Shown: positions 31,139 to 41,713 of the stretch, in pieces
Numbering within the stretch: the first letter of the stretch is position 1
Layout of the letters: the number at the start of each line of letters is the position of its first letter
Sequence record: NC_054906.1
Direction: 5' to 3' (one strand)
Length of the DNA: 64,000 nt
DNA from: Enterobacteria phage RB18
Program-made: the position numbers and the translations under genes
Notes under the pieces: model-generated
What the model was told of the DNA's origin: nothing
The model's input: the letters and a program-made list of their open reading frames with translations, nothing else
Database searches by the model: none

Positions 31139-31337
31139 TTTCAATACTTATAATTTCAACATCAGCCCAATGACCATAACAAGGAAGACGAAATTCAACT
31201 GGCCAGTTAGGGTCCTTTTCTAATATAATAGACTTAACTTGTGGTTCTTCATGTTCATCAGTATATGGATTTTTATCTGTTACTTTATATGTGACCTTAA
31301 TGTACTGAATTCCAAAAATCTTATTAATTATATTCAT
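31131..31337 (-). CDS. Hypothetical protein (68 aa)
   Basis: ATG start, tightly packed operon. Confidence 0.55.
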   Translation of the reverse strand: MNIINKIFGIQYIKVTYKVTDKNPYTDEHEEPQVKSIILEKDPNWPVEFRLPCYGHWADVEIISIENV

Positions 31338-31531
31338 GCTAATTCCTTTAATCCGTAAATAGGAGATAATTCATCACCCATACGAAGGTCTTCATTTCCA
31401 TCTACCCAGGAAACAATATAAGCCTCTTTTATTTGAACACCACTCCATTTAAATGGAGGTAGAACCTTAGAAATTAATCCAGGTATACCAACTCCCTTTA
31501 ATTCAACAGTTTGACCTAAAAAGAATTTCAT
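31334..31531 (-). CDS. Hypothetical protein (65 aa)
   Basis: ATG start overlapping upstream stop. Confidence 0.55.
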   Translation of the reverse strand: MKFFLGQTVELKGVGIPGLISKVLPPFKWSGVQIKEAYIVSWVDGNEDLRMGDELSPIYGLKELA

Positions 31532-31818
31532 TAGAACCTCATCTGAAAACCGTGCGATTTAACATTACCACCGCCAATATCAGAAATGTTAATTTCACTC
31601 GCAATTGAAGGGTCAATGTCAATTTCACGATTAAGTTTAGTGATAGCTAAAGTATCGCGCCCATTTACAGTACGGAACTCTAAAGGGCAGACTACATTAA
31701 CGTAGTTTTTAATCGATTCACTGGTAGGCTGCAAATGAGCAGGAAGGTCTTTGGGCGCCTTTGAGAAAACAACTTCACAGAAATTTTTGCGGGTGTCAAA
31801 ATAAGTAGTCATAAACAT
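31531..31818 (-). CDS. Hypothetical protein (95 aa)
   Basis: Track start 31854 lies inside a GC hairpin; first ATG with GAGGAAAA SD is at 31816-31818. Confidence 0.55.
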   Translation of the reverse strand: MFMTTYFDTRKNFCEVVFSKAPKDLPAHLQPTSESIKNYVNVVCPLEFRTVNGRDTLAITKLNREIDIDPSIASEINISDIGGGNVKSHGFQMRF

Positions 31819-31835
31819 AATATTTTCCTCAGTAA

Positions 31836-31849
31836 GGGGCCGAAGCCCC
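31836..31849 (-). other. Intergenic hairpin GGGGC-CGAA-GCCCC
   Basis: 5-bp GC stem, CGAA loop; no clear U-tract. Confidence 0.45.
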
Positions 31850-31859
31850 CTCATTCATT

Positions 31860-32225
31860 TTAAATATCAAATTCGTTAAGAACTACATCAAAGATTGCTT
31901 CAAGATGCTCAGGTTTAGCTCTGTTACTCAGAATATGACGAATCCAAGTTTTAACCAAAAGCTTGCGATTAACGCCATTCCAGCAAGGATGAGTCCCTAA
32001 ATCGCGTTCACGGAAATCATCATCCAGAGCGATTTTAAAGTTGGAACCTTCCATCGTGATTGAAACCGTGATACCGTTTTCAAATCGCATATAAACGTAA
32101 TTAGGAGTCATATACTGCTCAATTTCGCATACTGATCCATTTTGATGTTTCCAGAGGCAAATAGTATCAATAGAACCTGCAATACCATTAGAAACATATT
32201 TACGTTCAAAGTTAATGTAGTTCAT
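31860..32225 (-). CDS. Hypothetical protein (121 aa)
   Basis: Track start is TTG 32237; first ATG 32225 preceded by GGAG; early-type promoter upstream. Confidence 0.6.
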   Translation of the reverse strand: MNYINFERKYVSNGIAGSIDTICLWKHQNGSVCEIEQYMTPNYVYMRFENGITVSITMEGSNFKIALDDDFRERDLGTHPCWNGVNRKLLVKTWIRHILSNRAKPEHLEAIFDVVLNEFDI

Positions 32226-32250
32226 TTTATTCTCCAAGATGTTTAATTGC

Positions 32251-32290
32251 GGTACAGGTATATAATATCATATCCTGTACCAAAGTAAAC
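32251..32290 (-). promoter_or_regulatory. Early-type promoter GTTTAC-N17-TATTAT with 8-bp inverted repeat (GGTACAGG / CCTGTACC) centred on the -10
   Basis: -35 = rc of 32285-32290; -10 = rc of 32262-32267; IR arms 32251-32258 and 32274-32281. Confidence 0.6.
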
Positions 32291-32292
32291 AA

Positions 32293-32625
32293 TTATTTTA
32301 CTACTTTCCAATGCTGCATGTCAAGTTTACCAACTTTTTTCATCTTCTCAATTAAGCGTTCGGCACGTTGGCGAGCTGTAACATAATACCATTCACCTAA
32401 TTCATTTTGTTCAATTTTTCCAACGATTACTGTATTCAATTCATAAATCCAACCAGTAAAGAAATTATGAACTTGAATTGTAAAGGTGAAATCTGTTCCC
32501 ATACCTTCTGTTGTTTCTACTTCAATAATATCACCTTCAACTGCCATTAAGAACCACATAGTTTCATCATATTTACCATTGAAGCATTTAGTTTTAACTG
32601 TAGCGTTCAGATTAATCGTTTTCAT
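32293..32625 (-). CDS. Hypothetical protein (110 aa)
   Basis: ATG start; early-type promoter 32653-32682 upstream. Confidence 0.6.
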   Translation of the reverse strand: MKTINLNATVKTKCFNGKYDETMWFLMAVEGDIIEVETTEGMGTDFTFTIQVHNFFTGWIYELNTVIVGKIEQNELGEWYYVTARQRAERLIEKMKKVGKLDMQHWKVVK

Positions 32626-32652
32626 TTTATTCTCCTTTGTTTGTGTAAGATA

Positions 32653-32682
32653 ATACTATCACAAAGGAACCATACTGTAAAC
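32653..32682 (-). promoter_or_regulatory. Early-type promoter GTTTAC-N18-TAGTAT
   Basis: -35 = rc of 32677-32682; -10 = rc of 32653-32658. Confidence 0.55.
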
Positions 32683-32700
32683 AACTTTATGCAATCTTTG

Positions 32701-32731
32701 GAAAATAAAAAAGGACTCCCGAAGGAGTCCT
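32701..32731 (-). terminator. Rho-independent terminator GGACTCC-CGAA-GGAGTCC + T-run (minus strand)
   Basis: 7-bp stem, tetraloop, TTTTTATTTTC on minus strand. Confidence 0.8.
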
Positions 32732-32735
32732 CAAC

Positions 32736-32954
32736 TTATGCTTTCTGCTTACCAAAACGAGAAGCATCATCTCGAAGAACCGCACGTGCTCGGCGCATGA
32801 TCTTCTCAACAGTTTGATTGATACGAGAGTTCGACCCACGCTTGTAGCCAGCGCGTTTAGAATCACCAACTTTCTTTTCAACTGCTTTCTTTGCTTTAGC
32901 TTGTTTTGCCATTATAAATTCTCTTTTAAATGAAAATGCAGGACTTATTGGCAT
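32736..32954 (-). CDS. Small basic hypothetical protein (start uncertain: 32954 or internal ATG 32912)
   Basis: Lys/Arg-rich; strong terminator immediately downstream. Confidence 0.5.
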   Translation of the reverse strand: MPISPAFSFKREFIMAKQAKAKKAVEKKVGDSKRAGYKRGSNSRINQTVEKIMRRARAVLRDDASRFGKQKA

Positions 32955-33035
32955 TGCCTGCGCAAGCCCTCAAAAAAGGGGTACTTAGGTTTTGAATATT
33001 TACCGACAGGATAACCATAAACCTCGTCAACATAA

Positions 33036-33284
33036 TTACTTCAGTGTTACCACAAAGTGACGAACTGCTTTTCGTGCAGCAGAAGCCAAAGGCTTAGCAT
33101 ATTTAAGTTCATCTTTTTCCTGAAGCTCAGCAGCTAATGCAGTTTGAGCAGGATTCAGATGTTTGAAATAACGCAGGATTTCAAGAGCTTCGGCTTCAAC
33201 ATCAATAGATGCGCCATAGTTTTCGTGACCATTATTCCATGCGTTTCGTTGCAGTTCAAGAGCGTGTTGTAATTGTTTAATCAT
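33036..33284 (-). CDS. rIII: rIII lysis-inhibition accessory protein (82 aa)
   Basis: 82 aa; position upstream of gene 31 as in T4. Confidence 0.85.
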   Translation of the reverse strand: MIKQLQHALELQRNAWNNGHENYGASIDVEAEALEILRYFKHLNPAQTALAAELQEKDELKYAKPLASAARKAVRHFVVTLK

Positions 33285-33402
33285 TTAAAAATTCTCGTTA
33301 GAGATTAAAACTCGGTAGTCACGTTCTTCTGAATTTCATCTTCTTTCGACAGATCTCTCAGTTGTAGACTACCACATAGAATTGAAACTCAATTCATATT
33401 AT

Positions 33403-33410
33403 TATTTATA
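33403..33410 (-). promoter_or_regulatory. Late promoter TATAAATA on minus strand between gene 31 and rIII
   Basis: Forward TATTTATA. Confidence 0.5.
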
Positions 33411-33746
33411 TCACTTATAAAGACACGGAATAGCTTTATAGTGACAGGTAACGAATTTTTGTTTAATTTCTTTTGGCTGCTTAAGACCCAGAGCTACAAA
33501 AGGATGTGGAACGTTTCGAATTTGACCAACTGGAAGAGAAGTCAAATCACCAACTTCACAGAAACCTTCAGGAACATCAGGACCAACAGAGTGAATTACA
33601 CACAGTTCAGGAACTTCACCTTGAACACGTTTACCGATAATAAGTCCTGATTCTGTAACTTCTTCATCACCGGCTTGTGCAGGTTCAGAAACTAAAATAA
33701 CATATTCACCGACAGCACGAATTGGTAGCTGTTGTACTTCAGACAT
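33411..33746 (-). CDS. 31: Co-chaperonin gp31 (GroES analogue, 111 aa)
   Basis: 111 aa; MotA-box middle promoter upstream. Confidence 0.92.
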   Translation of the reverse strand: MSEVQQLPIRAVGEYVILVSEPAQAGDEEVTESGLIIGKRVQGEVPELCVIHSVGPDVPEGFCEVGDLTSLPVGQIRNVPHPFVALGLKQPKEIKQKFVTCHYKAIPCLYK

Positions 33747-33776
33747 CGTTTTTCCTTTTTGTTAACAGATGAATTA

Positions 33777-33804
33777 ATAATAACAAATAATTCTTAAAGC
33801 ATTT
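33777..33804 (-). promoter_or_regulatory. Middle promoter for gene 31: MotA box AAATGCTTTA + 12 nt + TATTAT
   Basis: Box = rc of 33795-33804; -10 = rc of 33777-33782. Confidence 0.65.
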
Positions 33805-34111
33805 ATTTACCAATAAATTGGAGTAAATGCTCAACTTTCATACCATTAACAGAAATCAATTTGTCAATAGAAAAACCTCGCCACTCGCCAAGCTCAACAT
33901 CAAATACTGGAATCATGTCAGTAGATTCTTTCCGAGCAGATTCAGTCAATTTACCAGTTTGCATGGTTGGCATAAAGTCAGCATCGCGAGTACCTTTCAT
34001 AGTACGAATAGTACCATCAGACTTTTCAAAAACTACGTTTGAAATACCCATGGACAATTTAGTTTTCAAAATTTCACGAATTGCCACTTTCTGTTCAGTT
34101 GTCAGTTTCAT
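33803..34111 (-). CDS. Hypothetical protein (102 aa, T4 31.1 position)
   Basis: ATG start; synteny. Confidence 0.65.
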   Translation of the reverse strand: MKLTTEQKVAIREILKTKLSMGISNVVFEKSDGTIRTMKGTRDADFMPTMQTGKLTESARKESTDMIPVFDVELGEWRGFSIDKLISVNGMKVEHLLQFIGK

Positions 34112-34348
34112 TTATTTACCTATTACAGTTTTAATATGAGTTGTTCCACGTTCTTTAAGGGTGGAAAGTAATTTTTGGCATTTTTCTAAATCAGATTTCC
34201 AACTATATGGTCTATCAATACTAGTCCAATCAGTTTTATAATACTGTTTCCATTTAGAGAAAAAATATTTCTTATACTCTACAGCAAACGAGATGTTCTC
34301 GTTAGAATAAGAACTAATTGCTGTGAGTTGTACCAAACGAAATTTCAT
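34112..34348 (-). CDS. Hypothetical protein (78 aa, T4 31.2 position)
   Basis: ATG start; synteny. Confidence 0.6.
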   Translation of the reverse strand: MKFRLVQLTAISSYSNENISFAVEYKKYFFSKWKQYYKTDWTSIDRPYSWKSDLEKCQKLLSTLKERGTTHIKTVIGK

Positions 34349-34929
34349 TATTCACCACAGAATTCGTTGATATTTTCCCAGTTTAACTTATTCAAGTTTT
34401 TCTTAGGAACATTAAACACTTCAATACCTGCATTTCGCAGAATATCATCCCAACCAGGTTTATTTTTATCGTATGTTTCGCAATAAACCAGCTTTTTAAT
34501 ACCAGATTGAGCTATCGCTTTTGCACAATCTGGACAAGGAGAAAGTGTTACATACATAGTAGCACCTTCAATAGAAGAACCATTTCGTGCAGCAAACAAA
34601 ATTGCATTTAGTTCAGCATGAATTTCATTTTTAGACGACCATTCAGAGTGAGCGCTACGGTGTTCTTTCGCCAAGACAAAGCGATCAGTTGAACCAAATG
34701 ATACGCATTCAGGCTTATGGCCTTGGATAATAGTATGTTTAGGTTTATTCAGCAACCAACCTTGCTCGGCGGCATAATCACAACAGTTCACACCACCAGC
34801 AGGTGAACCATTATATCCAGTAGAAATAATACGTCCATTCTTTTCAATTACTGCTCCTACCTTCCAGGAGCAACATTTTGATTCCTGCGATACTAAATAT
34901 GCAATTTGAAGTACTGTACTCGCTTTCAT
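34348..34929 (-). CDS. cd: dCMP deaminase (193 aa)
   Basis: Zinc-binding HAE ... PCxxC deaminase motifs (HSEWSSKNEIHAE, SPCPDC). Confidence 0.93.
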   Translation of the reverse strand: MKASTVLQIAYLVSQESKCCSWKVGAVIEKNGRIISTGYNGSPAGGVNCCDYAAEQGWLLNKPKHTIIQGHKPECVSFGSTDRFVLAKEHRSAHSEWSSKNEIHAELNAILFAARNGSSIEGATMYVTLSPCPDCAKAIAQSGIKKLVYCETYDKNKPGWDDILRNAGIEVFNVPKKNLNKLNWENINEFCGE

Positions 34930-35264
34930 TTCATAATCACCAGATAAGCAGATTTAGCAGTTTCAACACGATAAATTTCGTGACGAAGTTTAGTTATACT
35001 TTTAATAACAGAACTAATTATATTCTGCCCATCTTTAAAGCGGTTTTTCTTATCAATAAAAATTGCGCCAACCATCTTTTTGTGAAGCTCAACTGGATAC
35101 TTCGTCACAATAATAGCATCATATACGGAAGGATGAATACTATTCACCAGAGTGTCATTCATTAAAGTTATTCTAATGAACTGAGCTGTTTCAGAGTCAA
35201 GCGCTCTATGATCGCCAGTATCATTTTCAAGACAATTATCAATTATATCAGTTAAATTCATCAT
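34926..35264 (-). CDS. Hypothetical protein (112 aa)
   Basis: ATGA coupling to cd; synteny with T4 cd.x genes. Confidence 0.6.
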   Translation of the reverse strand: MMNLTDIIDNCLENDTGDHRALDSETAQFIRITLMNDTLVNSIHPSVYDAIIVTKYPVELHKKMVGAIFIDKKNRFKDGQNIISSVIKSITKLRHEIYRVETAKSAYLVIMK

Positions 35265-35500
35265 AGTACGCCATACACCCTTTGTGCTTCAACTAATCCA
35301 TCAAAATCCAATTTGAGATGTGTTATTTGATCACCATCACCTGGATTCACAATTACTAATACTGAACGAGGAGTTTCGGTAATAACACGAACTGATGTTT
35401 CAGGAAATCGTTCAGAAACCTTATTTACCAATTCCTGTGCAAATAGCTTAACTTTTTCTTGGAATTCTTTAACAGTAATCGGTTTTTCACTTAGCAGCAT
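35261..35500 (-). CDS. Hypothetical protein (79 aa)
   Basis: ATG with GAGGAAAA SD; early-type promoter upstream. Confidence 0.6.
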   Translation of the reverse strand: MLLSEKPITVKEFQEKVKLFAQELVNKVSERFPETSVRVITETPRSVLVIVNPGDGDQITHLKLDFDGLVEAQRVYGVL

Positions 35501-35520
35501 TTTGTTTTCCTCATTTGTTT

Positions 35521-35559
35521 GGTAGAGCTATAATATCACAACTCTACCGTAAAGTAAAC
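35521..35559 (-). promoter_or_regulatory. Early-type promoter GTTTAC-N18-TATTAT with 7-bp inverted repeat (GGTAGAG / CTCTACC) centred on the -10
   Basis: -35 = rc of 35554-35559; -10 = rc of 35530-35535; IR arms 35521-35527 and 35542-35548. Confidence 0.6.
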
Positions 35560-35561
35560 TA

Positions 35562-35837
35562 TTAAATTGCTTTGAATTCTGCTGTCTGCGATTCAAAACG
35601 AATATCGCCTTTGATAACTAGCTCAGCATCAAGACCGAATACAACAATGATATGCGCGGAACCTGGATACAACGTAATTGCAATAGAATCCACTTGGTCT
35701 GGAAGCAAAGCGTTCAATACATGAGTCACTTGAGCATGGATTCGAAGCTCAGCTGCATTATCAAGTTTTTCAAACATATTATTAGCGATAATTTGGCTAA
35801 ACACTACTTCTACGATTTTAGAGTAAGTCGGAAACAT
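35562..35837 (-). CDS. Hypothetical protein (91 aa)
   Basis: ATG start. Confidence 0.55.
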   Translation of the reverse strand: MFPTYSKIVEVVFSQIIANNMFEKLDNAAELRIHAQVTHVLNALLPDQVDSIAITLYPGSAHIIVVFGLDAELVIKGDIRFESQTAEFKAI

Positions 35838-35839
35838 AT

Positions 35840-36040
35840 TTACCTCACATAATTTTCTTCAAGCCAATCAATAACATCCAACGCATTATCAAAAGTTGAA
35901 CCATCTACTCTGTCTTCTGTTTCATAATCAAGAACATCTAAGCCTACTCTTCCATCAACAATAGGCCATAAACAAAATAGATATTTCTTTTCTTTTTCAA
36001 TTTTATCACAAAGACGATAAATCTTTTCTAGGTTATTCAT
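35840..36040 (-). CDS. Hypothetical protein (66 aa)
   Basis: ATG start. Confidence 0.55.
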   Translation of the reverse strand: MNNLEKIYRLCDKIEKEKKYLFCLWPIVDGRVGLDVLDYETEDRVDGSTFDNALDVIDWLEENYVR

Positions 36041-36229
36041 AAGTTTTCCACGGTAAAGGCAGTTTAGTTTTCTTTACTGTTAGTTCAACATCGGGATTCT
36101 TTTCTCTTAATTTAAGGCATTCCTCCCAAGCTCTGATTTCACTAGTGAATATACAAAATTGCCCATTACTAGTACCAACTAAACCGCTATTTACAATAAC
36201 AATAGCCCAAGTTTCATGATGCCAAGCCA

Positions 36230-36230
<1 letters not shown>
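36033..36230 (-). CDS. Hypothetical protein (65 aa)
   Basis: Start moved to internal ATG 36228-36230, which overlaps pseT stop; track start 36260 would overlap pseT by 31 nt. Confidence 0.5.
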
Positions 36231-37433
<1,203 letters not shown>

Positions 37434-37437
<4 letters not shown>

Positions 37438-37664
37438 TTATTTTTCTCAACCAATGATTGAATATAATCATGTAGGTCTTTAGATGCTTTACCCCACTTA
37501 TTTTGGTATTCATTTTTAAGATTAGCACGTGATTGAGCTAATAAAACATCATTAGTTGGAGGTAAAGATTCTAACCGCTGAATCTGGCGTCCATAAATCA
37601 TTGCAGCCATCTCGGATTCATAAATCAATCCTTTGAGATGTTCAAATTGATGCCACGAAATCAT
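37434..37664 (-). CDS. Hypothetical protein (76 aa)
   Basis: ATGA coupling. Confidence 0.55.
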
Positions 37665-37960
37665 TTACATTTATCCTCTTTTAACTCTTGACGATAATAA
37701 CATATCATAGTTTTCTGGTCATGTACATATCGTTTTACATCATTAAGCCAAATACGAAATTCCTGGGAATCTTCAAATGGCATACCGACCCAAGCTTTAC
37801 CATCGATAACTTTAACTTGCCAAGATAGTTTAGCTTCGTCATATGACTTTATTTGCACAGGCCAATTGGGATGAACTGTTTCTTTCTTTACTTCTAGAGG
37901 CTTTGTAGAACAACCAACTAGAAGACCAATAGATAATATTACTGCTGATAGTTTAATCAT
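37661..37960 (-). CDS. Outer-membrane spanin lipoprotein (o-spanin, Rz1-like; T4 pseT.2 equivalent)
   Basis: Signal peptide with lipobox LLVGC; small periplasmic protein adjacent to i-spanin. Confidence 0.75.
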   Translation of the reverse strand: MIKLSAVILSIGLLVGCSTKPLEVKKETVHPNWPVQIKSYDEAKLSWQVKVIDGKAWVGMPFEDSQEFRIWLNDVKRYVHDQKTMICYYRQELKEDKCK

Positions 37961-38310
37961 TTAGAAAGGTCCTGGATGTCTTCTGCGAACTTGTTGAAGG
38001 AGTTGTTGATTTGTTTTTCAACCAATCCTGGCTTATGAGCCACCACATCCGCCTTCTTTGCGTCTTTGCGCAGCTTTTCATTTTCACGCTCAATAGCAGC
38101 AATTGCCTCACGATTTTTATTATTCATCGCATCAATATAATTATACTGAATTCGCAAATTATTTAATGCTAAAGCGTTTTCATTGGCCGTTTTTGTAATT
38201 TCTACAACAGACGTTTCTAATCTTTCAATTTTATTTTTTAAAATTAAAGAAGTTCCGCCCAATGCAATTACAATTAATAACAAGCCTGCTGTCGTATTAC
38301 TTAATTGCAT
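37957..38310 (-). CDS. Inner-membrane spanin (i-spanin, Rz-like; T4 pseT.3 equivalent)
   Basis: N-terminal transmembrane helix followed by coiled-coil region. Confidence 0.75.
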   Translation of the reverse strand: MQLSNTTAGLLLIVIALGGTSLILKNKIERLETSVVEITKTANENALALNNLRIQYNYIDAMNNKNREAIAAIERENEKLRKDAKKADVVAHKPGLVEKQINNSFNKFAEDIQDLSK

Positions 38311-38804
38311 AAAGTTTTAATAACCTCTATAATATCGTCTTGAGAAAGACCGTTAATTAAAATATGATGTTCAGCCGGAGATTTAGAAATTTTAAAGCAT
38401 GCCTCAACATCTTCTGCCATATCCGATGCACTACGATTTGGATTACTAATACCAAGGCGGTGTTTTCCCGTCAAAGGATTAACGATGATATAGCATTTGC
38501 AGCTATTGATATGAACATTGGGTTGAGTCTGATTAATGAACACTTCACAATCATACTTAGCGAGTTGATTTTCTAAAAAGACTTTCATCTCTTCAACCGC
38601 ATCAGGAAGCATATCACGGGCTTGCTCAAGACGACGATTTCGATATTCTTTAATGGTCGTTTTCCGCTTGACTTGCTTTGCTAAATCTTTCTTAAGATCG
38701 GTGATATATCCAACTCGACGATTTCCTTTGAATACAGAAATCCCATCTGTAGTATCACCGTATGCTTCAACGACCATTTCAGTAGTAATAAGCTGTAAAT
38801 CCAT
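38301..38804 (-). CDS. alc: Alc, inhibitor of host transcription (167 aa)
   Basis: Two adjacent ATGs; second better spaced from GAGGA; 54-bp leader element upstream. Confidence 0.85.
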   Translation of the reverse strand: MDLQLITTEMVVEAYGDTTDGISVFKGNRRVGYITDLKKDLAKQVKRKTTIKEYRNRRLEQARDMLPDAVEEMKVFLENQLAKYDCEVFINQTQPNVHINSCKCYIIVNPLTGKHRLGISNPNRSASDMAEDVEACFKISKSPAEHHILINGLSQDDIIEVIKTLCN

Positions 38805-38811
38805 CATAAAG

Positions 38812-38865
38812 TCCTCATGTTATGTCAGTAAGACTACTGTAACACAACACGAGGGACTTGTAAAC
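38812..38865 (-). repeat. 54-bp leader element, copy B (GTTTAC-N18-TACAGT plus leader stem-loop) upstream of alc
   Basis: 51 of 54 identical to copy A at 23673-23726. Confidence 0.7.
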
Positions 38866-38868
38866 AGC

Positions 38869-40456
<1,588 letters not shown>

Positions 40457-40464
40457 AATAAAAT

Positions 40465-40478
40465 GGGCCTTGCGGCCC
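40465..40478 (-). other. Hairpin GGGCC-TTGC-GGCCC between nrdB and denA
   Basis: 5-bp GC stem; followed on minus strand by AU-rich tract and denA ATG. Confidence 0.5.
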
Positions 40479-40483
40479 ACTCC

Positions 40484-41662
40484 TTAAAAATATTTTTTAA
40501 AACTCATCATAACTTTATCATCAACATCATTATCAATCTGTGCAACAAGGTAAGATGACAGTTCTACTTCTTGCGGTGCAGATTGAACATTATCAGAATT
40601 AAGATATTCACGAATCCAAGGATATGGATGTTTAACCGGAGCATCGGTAATTGGGCATGGAAGACCGCACTGTTTCATACGAGATACAGTTAAGTAATCA
40701 ATAAAGCTCCACATGCTATTTGTATTTAATCCAGGAACATCGCCATCTTTAAATAAATGAACTGCCCAATCTTTTTCTTGGCGGTTAACTTCCATGAAAA
40801 TATCAACTGCTTCTTGTTCACACTCTTGAGCAATTTTAACCCATTCATCGCCATCAGTACCAGATTGAAGTTGACGAATAATATATTGAGTGCCTTTAAG
40901 GTGAAGCTGTTCATCGCGTGCAATGAACTTCATAATCTTGGCATTACCTTCCATGATTTCCATGTTCTTATGGAAGTTAAAGGTACATGCGAAAGATACA
41001 TAAAAACGAATAGCTTCCAATGCGTTGATTACATGCAAACAGAGGTAAAGAGATTTCATTAGCTCACGCTTCCAATATGTCTCATGCTCAATAGCATCTT
41101 CAATAACGTCTTCGTCTGCATTAATTTCTTTTTGGTATTCGATATCAGCTTTAGCGTTTTCCCAATAACGAGTTTTAATCAGAACATCATCATAATAACG
41201 TCCAATGGATTCAGCACGTTTCATAATAGCTTCATCTAATACAATTTCATCAAATACCTTCGATGGATCAGTATAAAGATTTCGCATGATATGTGTATAT
41301 GAACGGCTGTGAATAGTTTCACTAAAAGTCCACGTAGCAACCCATGTATCAAGGCTTGGGTCTGAAATTAATGACATAAGTACAGCAGACGGCGCACGAC
41401 CCTGAATGCTATCCAAAAGTGATTGATACTTCAAGTTATTAGTAAAAATATCTTGCTGATACTGAGGAAGCTTGTTAAATTGTGCAGCATCCATCATCAA
41501 GTTTACTTCTTCAGGACGCCAGAAAAATGACAATTGCTTTTCGGTTAAATCTTCAAAAACTTTATGACGTTGAATATCATAACGCGCAATACCAAGACCT
41601 GAACCAAAAAACATAGGTTCTTTTAAAACATCAACTGGATTTGTATTAAAAACTGTGCTCAT
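40484..41662 (-). CDS. nrdB: Ribonucleotide reductase beta subunit, uninterrupted (392 aa)
   Basis: Di-iron ligand motifs in one continuous frame; no intron. Confidence 0.93.
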   Translation of the reverse strand: MSTVFNTNPVDVLKEPMFFGSGLGIARYDIQRHKVFEDLTEKQLSFFWRPEEVNLMMDAAQFNKLPQYQQDIFTNNLKYQSLLDSIQGRAPSAVLMSLISDPSLDTWVATWTFSETIHSRSYTHIMRNLYTDPSKVFDEIVLDEAIMKRAESIGRYYDDVLIKTRYWENAKADIEYQKEINADEDVIEDAIEHETYWKRELMKSLYLCLHVINALEAIRFYVSFACTFNFHKNMEIMEGNAKIMKFIARDEQLHLKGTQYIIRQLQSGTDGDEWVKIAQECEQEAVDIFMEVNRQEKDWAVHLFKDGDVPGLNTNSMWSFIDYLTVSRMKQCGLPCPITDAPVKHPYPWIREYLNSDNVQSAPQEVELSSYLVAQIDNDVDDKVMMSFKKYF

Positions 41663-41688
41663 AAATTTTCCGCTTAGTTAATAGTTGG

Positions 41689-41706
41689 TGACTCGTCCGT
41701 GAGTCA
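41689..41706 (-). other. Hairpin TGACTC-GTCCGT-GAGTCA between nrdA and nrdB
   Basis: 6-bp stem, 6-nt loop. Confidence 0.4.
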
Positions 41707-41713
41707 AATTATA

